A stretch of 64,000 nt of DNA, taken from contig NIVC01000163.1 in assembly GCA_002269645.1 (NCBI GenBank), positions 310,001 through 374,000 of the forward strand. Reading direction: 5' to 3'. The notes under the pieces were generated by a model. That model worked only from the letters and a program-made list of their open reading frames with translations. It was not told where the DNA came from and did no database searches. Every line of letters begins with the position of its first letter. Position 1 is the first letter of the stretch. The position numbers were made by a program, and so were the translations under genes. The stretch comes from Macrostomum lignano. Taxonomy: Eukaryota. Positions 1 to 17,900 of the stretch are shown here, one piece after another.

Positions 1-408
1 TTCGTTATCATCCCAGCAGCTTAAGCAGAGCTTGCCACTTTGGCTCGTATATCTTATCGGTATTTAGTGGGGAAACTCCGGCTCAGAGTTCGGCTTTTTC
101 AATAGAGAAAGAATTGATTTGTCCGAGATAAAAGCATCCGCTGCTAAATTATTTACAACGTCCAAAATAGAATAAGAGAGGCGATTACTCGCCACGTGCC
201 AATTTTTCCGGACGATTTTTGAGTTATTAATAAATCGGTAAGCGCTCGGGCAGAACGGAGATTAGATAGGCTTCTGGTCCTTCTTGCTGAGCCTTGCACA
301 GAAATTTTTTTAGGAATTCAGACGATTGTTTGGGACTAAAAATGACCGTCAGGAAGTGGCTACGATAAAGGGGTGAGAGAAATGGGCGAATAAACGGGCG
401 CCGAATGG

Positions 409-905
409 CTGTCAGAAGGTGGCGCCAAACTATAGGTGTCAGGAGGTGGCGCCAAACTATAGGTGTCAGGAGGTGGCGCCAAACTATAGGTGTCAGGAGG
501 TGGCGCCAAACTATAGGTGTCAGGAGGTGGCGTCAAACTATAGGTGTCAGGAGGTGGCGCCAAACTATAGGTGTCAGGAGGTGGCGCCAAAACATAGGTG
601 TCAGGAGGTGGCGCCAAAACATAGGTGTCAGGAGGCGGCGCTTAAAACATAGGTGTCAGGAGGTGGCGCTTAAAACATAGGTGTCAGGAGGTGGCGCTTA
701 AAACATAGGTGTCAGGAGGTGGCGCTTAAAACATAGGTGTCAGGAGGTGGCGCTTAAAACATAGGTGTCAGGAGGTGGCGCTTAAAGCATAATTGTCACG
801 AAGTGGTGCCTAATGAGGTGTCGGAAAATGGCGCCAAACGAGGTGTCAGGAGGTGGCACCAAAACATAGGTATCAGGATGTGGCATCAAAATATAGGTGT
901 CAGAA
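409..905. repeat. 27-28-bp minisatellite (TATAGGTGTCAGGAGGTGGCGCCAAAC)
   Basis: Tandem copies immediately upstream of the ENaC ATG, degenerating at the edges. Confidence 0.9.
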
Positions 906-950
906 GCTTATTAAGTTCAGTCATGATAATGAAATGATCAGTTAGTCTGT

Positions 951-7932
<6,982 letters not shown>

Positions 7933-9542
7933 ACTGGAATCTGTTCGGACGATGAACACTGACACGCGGGCAATAATCCATCTTCGTGCGTCAATTAGCA
8001 TTGACAGTTATTATCGAATTTGTTCCTTTAGTCCACTCCACATGCGATTCAAGATGATGGCAAGTAAAAAATGTTACTACGTTAAACAATAAACATATCT
8101 AACATTTTACTGATTTTTGAGAGACGTTTGAACGTCATTTAAATGCTTATCTTGACAGTGGCGCCGTGACTTGGAGTCGCGCTAAGCCGCTCTTATCGAT
8201 GTCAGAGGACTCAATCAAGAAGATGCGGAGTGAGAGCTGTCGCACATTCGGCTTATCGGATCATACCGGCTGGCTCAAGAGGGCTCAGATGGTCCAACCA
8301 GCTAAACCGGATGCAGAGCGGTGCCTGGTCGAAGGCAGAGAGAATCACATCACTAGCTATTTGCAAAATGGTGTCTGGTGGACGGGATACTAGCTGTTTC
8401 CTCGGGGAATGGGCTACCCTTTCCTCTCTGTCTGTCTCTCTCTCTCTCTCTTCGTCTACCGTTCTCTCCATGGAAACTGAAAGAGTTATGCTGCTCTAGT
8501 GTAATAACTCCCTGCCGAGTCAATAGTCAATACAGCACTACTGTGTACCTATCAGGATCGGTACTTCTAATTGTCTTTAGCCAATCTGTGCTTCCTAATG
8601 TATTTTTATTGTAAGAGCAACCTTAATATGGCTAATGTTCTGTTAATTGGCTTAATATAGTGTTGTTGTGTGTAATATGACGTGGTACATTATGTGCTAA
8701 TATAGGTGTGTTATATGTGCGTGCGTTATATCAAAAGCAGTTCTTAAAGGCCTCTGATTTAATAAATGTATGATCAAACTCCTGTTCCATGGTGCTCAAG
8801 CCCCCAATACGAGCTACCCCAGTTCAATGGTGCTCAAGCCCCAACACCCTTTGTTCTGTGGTCATCAACCCCTTCTTCTTCTACGAATGGTCACGATCTT
8901 AGCTTAGAAAATTGAGTTCTTTCAGTCATTGGTTACTCGTACTTTCCAAATAGCTACTGTAGACTTTGGACTTATATGATATGATCCATTAAAACATGGA
9001 AGATTAACTTTGTTGTGTCTTTGCGCCCAAAAGCTCTCAAATTCCCTAACCGAATCAATAATAGGCAGGTCTAAAGCCACTACTTACTGCATTAAGCGAA
9101 GACCAACCAGTTTGAACTGGCTGTAAATAAAGCAACCAAGGCGGGGAGCAGGATGGATAGTTTGTAATGGGAGACACTCGGAGACGAGCGGAGGCTTCAA
9201 GTGGCGTCGAATAGCAGCAGAGCAACTCCATGGGCCAGCGTTTCCCGGTGAGGATTGGCGGTCAATTGCGTTTAGGGAACAGGGAGGGAGGGGTGGATCC
9301 CAGCTGGGGATTAATATTTAATGCAGAGTGGCCAACTACAAGGGACAGGCAATATCCAAGAAATATCCCCAAGCTTTGTAGAATCCTCTTTTGGGTAAGA
9401 CGATTGGCTTGTAGCCATGAGAACATATCTTATCCGCAGATAAAAATCATCATCTCACGGCCCAGAGGGAGACAAACGTTCGACACGTTCGAAAGACAGA
9501 GACAAATTAACAACCAGATCACGGCCTGCATGCTATCAGAAA

Positions 9543-10199
9543 ATGTCCATCCTATTTGAGACAACGTCGACTGGCACCGCAGCTGCTGGTCAGGGCGTCG
9601 CTGCCGGCTCCACAGCCACTCTCGATCCGTCTTCCGTGGACGCATCATCGCAGCCGCAGCAGCAGCGGTACCGTCAGAACCAGCTGTACAGGCAGCGCCG
9701 AGGCCTCGACGCTCTACCGGCTGGCGATCTGATGCGCGACCGGGCCAAGCTAGTCGCGTGTTCGGCGATTCTCTTGGTGCACGGAGCGGCTCTGGCCGCG
9801 CTAGACGTGCTCATGCTTAAACGACGCTGCTCAAACTTGATCGGCTGCGCGTTCGCCGTTCTAGCGGCGTCTCTGGCGACGCTGCTGGCCAGTCTGCTGT
9901 TGGCTTTGCTGCCGCCGCAGCGGTCCAGCCAGAATCGGGAGGATCCTGTTGCCAGCAATGGAGACCGCGACGCTGGTTGGTTCAGCCGTCGGGGCGTGCT
10001 GTGCGTGGCCGGCCTGTGGACGGGCACTCTAGTTGCCGATGTGTGCTGGCTGAGCCTCACTTTGGCCAGGCTCAGTGCCGCCTGTTTGGGCACAGCAATG
10101 ATTGGAGCGACGGCTGTTGGGCTGGTGGCCTGTCCAGCCAGTCTGGTTGCGTTCGTCATCCTGTTCGGCTGGTTTCAGAGCAAGCCAGGAGAGGGTTGA
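9543..10199 (+). CDS. Intronless 218-aa protein of unknown family with four predicted transmembrane helices
   Basis: ATG-to-TGA ORF that is GC-rich relative to its flanks. It has four hydrophobic segments (LVACSAILLVHGAALAAL; LIGCAFAVLAASLATLLASLLLALL; VLCVAGLWTGTLVADVCWLSLTL; LGTAMIGATAVGLVACPASLVAFVILF) after a polar A/S/Q-rich N-terminus. No family motif was recognised. Confidence 0.68.
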   Translation: MSILFETTSTGTAAAGQGVAAGSTATLDPSSVDASSQPQQQRYRQNQLYRQRRGLDALPAGDLMRDRAKLVACSAILLVHGAALAALDVLMLKRRCSNLIGCAFAVLAASLATLLASLLLALLPPQRSSQNREDPVASNGDRDAGWFSRRGVLCVAGLWTGTLVADVCWLSLTLARLSAACLGTAMIGATAVGLVACPASLVAFVILFGWFQSKPGEG

Positions 10200-10837
10200 G
10201 CGTAGGGAACTGTACCAAGGTTTACTTCCGCGAGTGTGTTTTTGTTTCTGTTTTTTTTGCGTTTTATAGAGCTATTTGAACTGAATTGTTTCTAGCTGCA
10301 ACCACACCTCCACACTCTCAGCACTGCGCAAGCAGCTTCCTCACAGTCATTGGGCGCCTGACTGACTTCACCTGACTGACTACATACTCAGTACTCAGTA
10401 CTAATGAGAACTCTTAACAAATCCGTTATTTCAGTATCTGGGATCTTCTAGTGAAGTCTTTAAGTGTTAGTACTTTATTGGATGAAATAGTTTGTACATT
10501 TATTTTAATGCGGTTTTTTAAGTAAAACAAAAAACTGTAAGCTGACAGAAAAAGAAATTCACAATAAGAAATTCATTGAATTGAAAATTTCTCAGCTTGC
10601 CTGCATTATTTTTATACGAGAATTTTAAGAAGCTAAAAGTACAAACCTACCAGACGTAGTTTCTATTGTTATTTTCATGCTTCTTAACAATTGTTTAAGT
10701 ATCGTTCTTACTAATTTTATCACGTATTTGAAAATTTTCAATACAGACAATGGGAGTCACCGCTATTAAATTTTGAGTTTGAGTTTAAGTTTTATCAAAA
10801 CTTTTGTCAATAATTTTTCTATAACATTATAATTTTT

Positions 10838-11612
10838 CCATGGCTTATACTGTCCGTGGATTAAACTGTCCATGGCTTAAACTGTCCATGGCTTAAACTA
10901 TCCATGGCTTAAACTGTCCATGGCTTAAACTGTCCATGACTTAAACTGTCCATGACTTAAACTGTCCATGACTTAAACTGCCCATGGCTTAAACTGTCCA
11001 TAGCTTAAACTGTCCATAGCTTAAACTGTCCATGGCTTAAACTTTCCATGGCTTAAACTGTCCATGACTTAAACTGTCCATGACTTAAACTGTCCGTGAC
11101 TAAACTGTTCATGACTAAACTTTCCGTGACTAAACTTTCCGTGACTAAACTGTCCATGACTTAAACTGTCCGTGACTAAACTTTCCGTGACTAAACTGTC
11201 CATGACTTAAACTGTCCGTGACTAAACTTTCCGTGACTAAACTGTTCATGACTAAACTGTCCATGACTAAACTGTCCATGACTAAACTGTCCATGACTAA
11301 ACTGTCCATGACTAAACTGTCCATGACTTAAACTGTCCGTGACTAAACTTTCCGTGACTAAACTGTTCATGACTAAACTGTCCATGACTAAACTGTCCAT
11401 GACTAAACTGTCCGTGACTAAACTTTCCGTGACTAAACTGTCCATGACTTAAACTGTCCGTGACTAAACTTTCCGTGACTAAACTGTTCATGACTAAACT
11501 GTCCATGACTAAACTGTCCATGACTAAACTGTCCATGACTAAACTGTCCATGACTAAACTGTCCGTGACTAAACTGTCCATAGTTTGAACTGTCCGTGAC
11601 TTAAACTGAGCA
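10838..11612. repeat. 15-16-bp minisatellite (AAACTGTCCATGACT)
   Basis: Tandem copies with a variant gradient. Confidence 0.9.
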
Positions 11613-12129
11613 TAGCCAAATTTCTCTGGTATCTATGAACTATATAAACCATACAATGCTTAACTTGTTGAGTATCTGTAAACAAAACATTTTAGGTCTA
11701 AATAATTTTTCTAACCCAAACGGTTGTGCTAATAATGATGGTCACAGAGTGACCCATCAGGATGCTAAACTAAGTATACATGGGCACATTGTTTATGTAA
11801 TTTTCACAACACGGCCAACTACGCGTAGACCCTAGCATTTGTAGAATAGCTCGTATAGCTATGGCCAAATTTGGCATAGTTGGGCTGTGGCCAAAAGATC
11901 TGATATAATTTCAAGAATTGCGATATCAGTCTTTATATGCCAGTCGTGTTGTTTGAAATCTGCAATAAGAAGCTTCTGAAATAAAAGAAATCAGTTTTAG
12001 AATGCTAAAATCCGTAACGATGCTAACCCGCAGCCCTACCAGAAGAAACAAAAAGGCGACTGGGTGGCAGAGAGGGGGTGCTTTCACAAACTCGAAATTT
12101 CACAACGTCAAAAAGCTAGTAATTTTACA

Positions 12130-12420
12130 AGGTTGAACCTACCCCAATAGGCAGATGCGCAACCGACAGCTCAGCCGCAGCTATTGCGCGTCTCATCTGA
12201 AGGCTGCGTACGGCTGTTCAGTCCAAGGACTGGGGCGTCGCCACATACACCCTCAGTTACCCCAGCTAATGCTGGCACCCATTTTACAGCTGGGTGAACT
12301 GAAGCAATGCAGAGTTAAGTGTCTTGCTCAAGGACACAAAGTGTTCATAAATGGTCGAGAATCGAACCCCCGACCTTCCAGTCGTGAGTCCGACGCTCCA
12401 ACCACCCCCCCACTAGGCTA
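12130..12420 (-). mobile_element. tRNA-derived SINE with a CORE(MIR)-like central domain
   Basis: The minus strand reads TAGCCTAGTGG (A box, 12410-12420), then GGTTCGATTCT (B box, 12358-12368), then TGTGTCCTTGAGCAAGACACTTAACTCT...CAGTT...CTGTAAAATGGG, which closely resembles the MIR CORE consensus as I recall it. The 3' boundary is approximate. Confidence 0.75.
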
Positions 12421-13017
12421 CAACCCCCCCCACTAGGCTACAACCCCCACTAGGCTACAACCCCCCCACTAGGCTACAACCCCCACTAGGCTACAACCCC
12501 CACTAGGCTACAACCCCCCCACTAGGCTACAACCCCACTAGGCTACAACCCCCACTAGGCTACAACCCCCACTAGGCTACAACCCCCCCCCCCACTAGGC
12601 TAAAACCCCCCACTAGGCTAAAACCCCCACTAGGCTACAATCCCCAATAGACTACAACCCCCACTAGGCTACAACCCCCCACTAGGCTACAACCCCCCCC
12701 CCACTAGGCTAAAACCCCCACTAGGCTACAACCCGCCCCCCCCCCACTAGGCTACAACCCCCACTAGGCTACAACCCCCACTAGGCTACAACCCCCCACT
12801 AGGCTAAAACCCCCCACTAGGCTACAACCCGCCCCCCCCACTAAGCTACAACCCCCACTAGGCTACAACCCCAACTAGGCTACAACCCCCACTAGGCTAC
12901 AACCCCCCCCCCACTAGGCTACAACCCCACTAGGCTACAACCCCCCACTAGGCTACAACCCCCACTAGGCTATACAACCCCCCCACTAGGCTACAACCCC
13001 CCCCACTAGGCTACAAC
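12404..13017 (-). repeat. Array of roughly 30 copies of the SINE 5' end (TTGTAGCCTAGTG + poly-G)
   Basis: Plus-strand unit CCACTAGGCTACAA + variable poly-C, contiguous with the SINE head. Confidence 0.9.
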
Positions 13018-13769
13018 AATATATAACGTCAAAAACGTAATATAACAAAAACCATGCAGGAATTTTCGGCGTTGTGAACTTCGACCTTTGAAGTCCCTTG
13101 CTAGAGATTTCGACGTGAAATTTCGAGTGTATGAAATATTCGCATGTTGCATTTTTGCATGTTGCATTTTCGCATGTTGCATTTTCGTATTTGCGCAGTG
13201 TGTCGAAATAGCAGTTGGAGAATAAATTGAAAATAAAACCGTGTAAAACTAGAATCCAGAAAAAATCAAAGCAATTTTCAAGCCTGAAAACAACGGGCTT
13301 AAAAGCTCTACGCGCGCACCGGAGGTGGGGAGGAGAGGGGCGTAAGGGGAGGGGTGGGGCTCATGCAATTTATACTGAGGCCTACGAAGCTAGTGTAAAG
13401 TAAGCATTAACTTGCGTGCAAATCCTAGAATATCTGCAGTCTGTACGATCTAAATGCACAAATTTTGTGCTACCTGTACTTCATGCGATGCCAGCTGAAG
13501 ACTGTGCATTTCACATTAGTCTATTAGTATATTTTTCATCTGCCTGTCTGTTCGCTTGTTTGTCTTAGTGTCTTAGTATCTGTGTGTCTGTCTGTCTTAG
13601 TGTCTGTCGGTCTGTGTTTCTGTCTGTCTTAGTGTCTCTCTCTGCCTGCCTACCTGGATTCCATTGAGAGTCTGCATTAATTTCAGACTATTAAATTATT
13701 CGCTGTGCAATACAAAAGCAAGCGAACCCGGGATTCTATAAGTTAGCTATGTAGTGCAATCTGCATTTT

Positions 13770-14060
13770 TTGTCCTGCTACCCCTTGTCTGAGGCGGCCT
13801 CCCCGGGTGACCAGTTCTGGCTGGTTAGGGGTGGGTGCTCCGGCCCTTTGTTTGAGCCCTCGCCCTCCCGCCTCCCCCCCCGCGGCCTGATTGGTCGTTC
13901 GGCTGTTTTAGCTGCGCTGGGCGGCTCCGATTGGCTGGGCGAGGCTTCTCTATGTCACTCACCCCCTTTTTCTCTCTGTTTAAGCCGGTTTGGCAGTATT
14001 TATGTTTCAGTGCGTCTCAATTGGCCTAAAAAAGGCTCTCTCGCCGCTCTCAGCCCTTCT
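13770..14060 (+). promoter_or_regulatory. Putative promoter of the ABCA gene (GC-rich, three ATTGG/CCAAT boxes)
   Basis: ATTGG near 13890, 13930 and 14040, with GC-box-like CCCTCCCGCC. A plausible 5'UTR intron (donor G|GTAAGA at 14261, pyrimidine-rich acceptor TTTTATCTGCAG ending 14816) links this region to the ATG at 14917. Confidence 0.4.
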
Positions 14061-14916
14061 CTTTGGTGCGGTTGCATTCCTATGTTCGTTAAATTAAAAT
14101 TAAAACTAAACAGACAAAGTTCGGAGAAAGCCGGATAGAGATTAGAGAATACATTCAGATACAGACCATACAAAGCTAGAGATTAGAGATCCAGCAGCTA
14201 GAAGAAGAAAACAGCAAATTAAGCAAGCTCGACCCGACTTTCGACTGATTGACCACATTGGTAAGAGCTGTCGTAGTGTTGCTCATTTCCGGGGTTGTCA
14301 GAACTGCGGCTATTCAGATTTAAAGCAGTGCGTCCTAACGCCTGTGTACTGATTTTCATACAGTTATTTGTTGAGCTACTGATACAGTACATCAGAGTAA
14401 CCTAGAAGCACGCCGTGAGTGTCCCAACACCACACAGTGCCAGGTCGAGTCTGTGCGTCCCGATGCCTGAAAGTATCTCTTATCATACTTGTAAGAACGT
14501 ATAAGCAGAATTGGACTGTGGAGCGGGGACCAAACCGACCACAGCCACTACAGCTAAATAATATATACACGTGACTCGGACCGGGGCGGTGCCGTATCTT
14601 GTGCCCACAGAGGCAGTGTTTGGCGCAGCGAAGCTCGGGTTGCTAAGTCGCCATTCGCTGAGTCACTCGCCAAAATAGCCAACCAAATAAAATCTCGTCG
14701 CCAGAATCAAATAAACCAATGCCAATGCCGATAAGAGTTTTTCGTCACCAGAGTTTTGACTCATAAAATCGGGCTGGCTCGGCTGAAATGTAATCTTTTT
14801 CTGCTTTTATCTGCAGCTGTATTAAAACACACTGCTGCGCCAACTAAGAACTGGTTCTGAAAACTCCACCCTTGCCTTTCTTTCAACGAAAGGCAAAACC
14901 AAGCAAGCGATTGGTA

Positions 14917-17900
14917 ATGGAGTTCTTCAGACAGGCTTTGTTCATCTTCAAGCTGTTAATTTGGTTGAAGTCCTATCGTTTTCTCTACTGCGTGTTCCCC
15001 ATCGCCTGCCTTGTGTCCAACACCTACCTGTACCCGATAATTAGCAATGCTTTCGCACCTAGCACCGAGTCCATCGTCGGCTTGCAAACGTTTGGTGTCG
15101 AGGATTTCGTCAGCGGCAGCCGATTGGTGGCCGACAGTGGGCTGTTGCAGACGCAGGCGCTGCTAGACATTGTTGCCAAGAGGCAGAGTCGACCGTCCGA
15201 CAAGGACAGCTTCCTGACCGACTGCTCATCGAAGTCGGACTGCGATGCGAAGTACCTGCGCGCTCTGCACAGCTCGACTGGATCGAAGGTGTTGAGCTAC
15301 GCTGATTACGAAGCTGCCAGCCTGTTAAACAGAGTTATGGTGAGTTGCCTGCTAGCTGACAACTCGGATCTCGGCTGTCCGTATGCGGTGCAGCTCGTGG
15401 CTCAATCCCTAAGCACTAATGGCACAGCGTTTAGAAACGTTCAATTTTTTAGCCTGTTGAGTCAGCAAGCCCGTCAGCTGAATTCGGGGGACAAGTTGAC
15501 CGCACCGATGCCAACACAATCGCAGGATTCAGTCTGCACAAAGAACAATGGCTCGATCTATCGGTTAATCTTTCCAACTATGCTGATGCTTCAAATGGTT
15601 TTGATTTCCACTGGGATGACATTTTTTGTCACGCTAGGCAACGTTTCTTGTATTAGTAGACTAAAACAAGACGGATTTCTGCAACTGATGCATCAAAATG
15701 GCCTATCAGTGGGTGCCTATTGGACTGCCATGTGGTTTTTGACTGTCCTAGAGATGCTGGTGTTTGGCGGTGTGACAGTATTGGCATTCGGTCTGCAGTG
15801 CTCAATTTTTCCGGCTGAAAGTTTGCTTGCAACATTCTTCTTGGTAGTTCTGTTCAGTATTTACCTGTCAGCTCTTGGCTACATGTTCAGTTCGCTGATT
15901 AAGTCATTCTTCATCACTCTTCTACTAATGGTCCTTGTCACGGTGGTCCACGTTGTTCTCATATTGGTTATTCGACTTAGCCTGATGGGGGAGGATCAAA
16001 ACTCCAGAATTGCTCGCTACGTTCTGATAGTGTTTCCGTTTAGCCACCTTGGCGAGTTGTTAATACGCGTTCTGTTTGAGCAAGCCGCCATAACAGGCTA
16101 TTATCTTGCGGTTACAATTGTGAGCTCCTTGGTGCCGGTACTTCTAATTCTACTCAGCATCTACATCGACTTTTTGACGCCAAACGGCAACGGATATCGC
16201 CTGCCCGCTAACTTTATATTTCAACGTCGGTTTTGGATTCGAAGCGGCGTTTTAAATCCAACAATGCAGGACAGCCAGATGGAGTTGAACCGGCTCAATA
16301 TCGAGCCAGTGTCTGAGGGCCTGCGGCCAAGAGTAAAAGTTCGCGGCGTTGACAAAATCTATCGAAAGAAGGAGTACCCCTGCAGTTCCTTGCAGATTGT
16401 CGCTGCCTTGAACAGGATATCGTGTAAGTTTGCTTGAAAATTGGTCTTAAAAACGTCAGTTTCCACAACTTTGAGCGAAGTGGTTGCACCAGTTGCACCC
16501 TAACTAAAGTGGATTTCTAATCGTTTCTTCCCTATTTTTCTAGGCACCTTGTACGACGGACAAATCACTGCACTAATTGGACACAACGGGGCCGGAAAGA
16601 CCACGCTGCTCAAGATCCTCATTGGCGAGGAGAATCCCACCGACGGAAAAGCCGTAATCGATGGCCGATTGGTAACTGACCCATTGCAGCGCTTGACGCT
16701 AAGGGGACATCTCGGCATTTGCCATCAGACCAATGTTCTGTGCAGCGACTTAACTGTCATGCAGTGCATCGAGCTCGCCCTAATTAGTCGGGGCTACACT
16801 CTGCCTGAGCGGAAATCCGAAGTTGCCGACCTACTGTCAAGACTCGATCTGGATGACAAAGTCAATAAGAAGGCGACAGAGCTTAGCGGTGGGCAGAAGC
16901 GCAAACTCTGCACCATCCTGTCGCTGATCGGCGAACCAAAAGTGATCTTCCTGGACGAGCCAACCAGCGGACTTGACCCAGTGTCGAGGCGACGGCTTTG
17001 GCAAATTCTGCAGGAATACAAAGTCGGTCGCGCTATCGTTCTGTGCACCCAGTTCATGGACGAGGCGGACATTCTAGCCGACCGCAAAATCTTCTTGTCC
17101 AGCGGCTCGCTCATCTGCGCCGGTTCGTCACTTTTCCTCAAGCACGCGTTCGGCTGTGGCTTTGTGCTGAATGTGTCGCTCAAGTCGGAGCAAGTGCTCA
17201 CTAAGTTGCTGGCGCTGCTTCGACACGCGTGCTCGTCCGTCAAGCTGCAAAATCAGTTCCGGACAGAAGTAGAACTGATGCTTCCGGCCAGCGAATTGGA
17301 CGCGCTCCCTGGTGTTGTTCGAGTGCTGGAAAACCAAACCGATTTAGTAGAGGCGTTTGGCTTGTCCCAGGCTACTCTAGACGACATCTTCATCCGGCTG
17401 AAGGACGTAAATCTTGCAGAAATTGAGGCAGCGTTCCAGTCTGGTCAGTTAAGCAACTTTGCAGAGCATCAAGCCAGCGCTAGTAGAGAGGCGCAGAACG
17501 AGCTGCAGACAATGCTAAAGTCTCAGGGAAGCAATGTTACATCGGCGACTTCACCGGAACAGTTTGGCGCACTGATGAAGCTAAACCTTACGCGGCTCAA
17601 GAGAGCCAAGCTAAAGCTGTGTTGTCGGTTTATCTTTCCAATCATACTTCTTGCCGCGCTAATTGGAGCTCTGTTTTTAGAGCGAAGCCTTCCGCAGAGG
17701 ATAATCCCGCCAAGACAAAATATAAGCAGCCAAAGTTCTCAAACAGAAGCTACGTGCATCAAGGATGTCGAAGATCAAAACCATCTAAACAAAACTACTT
17801 GTTGCCAACTTTTTAACTGTTATTCTGAAAGTCGTATGGTTGTGCTGAATAAAAGCCGATCTACAGACATCTCTTCGTTTCTCACTCAGCCGGACACACT

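Noticed and set aside
8159-8393. Coding-looking 75-aa ORF after a CTTGACAG acceptor downstream of the ENaC gene
   Set aside because: No ATG, no family motif, and its phase is incompatible with the ENaC donor at 7238. It cannot be supported without transcript data.
12360-12430. Functional tRNA gene
   Set aside because: The anticodon and acceptor stems do not pair and the sequence continues into a CORE-like body, so it is a SINE head.
12082-13136. Imperfect inverted repeats of about 40 bp around the SINE (12082-12122 and 13097-13136), suggesting a host MITE
   Set aside because: Many mismatches, and no defined termini or TSD.
13771-14429. Possible solo LTR (TGT...ACA ends, GC-rich interior)
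   Set aside because: No matching TSD at any boundary I tried; a promoter plus 5'UTR intron explains the region at least as well.
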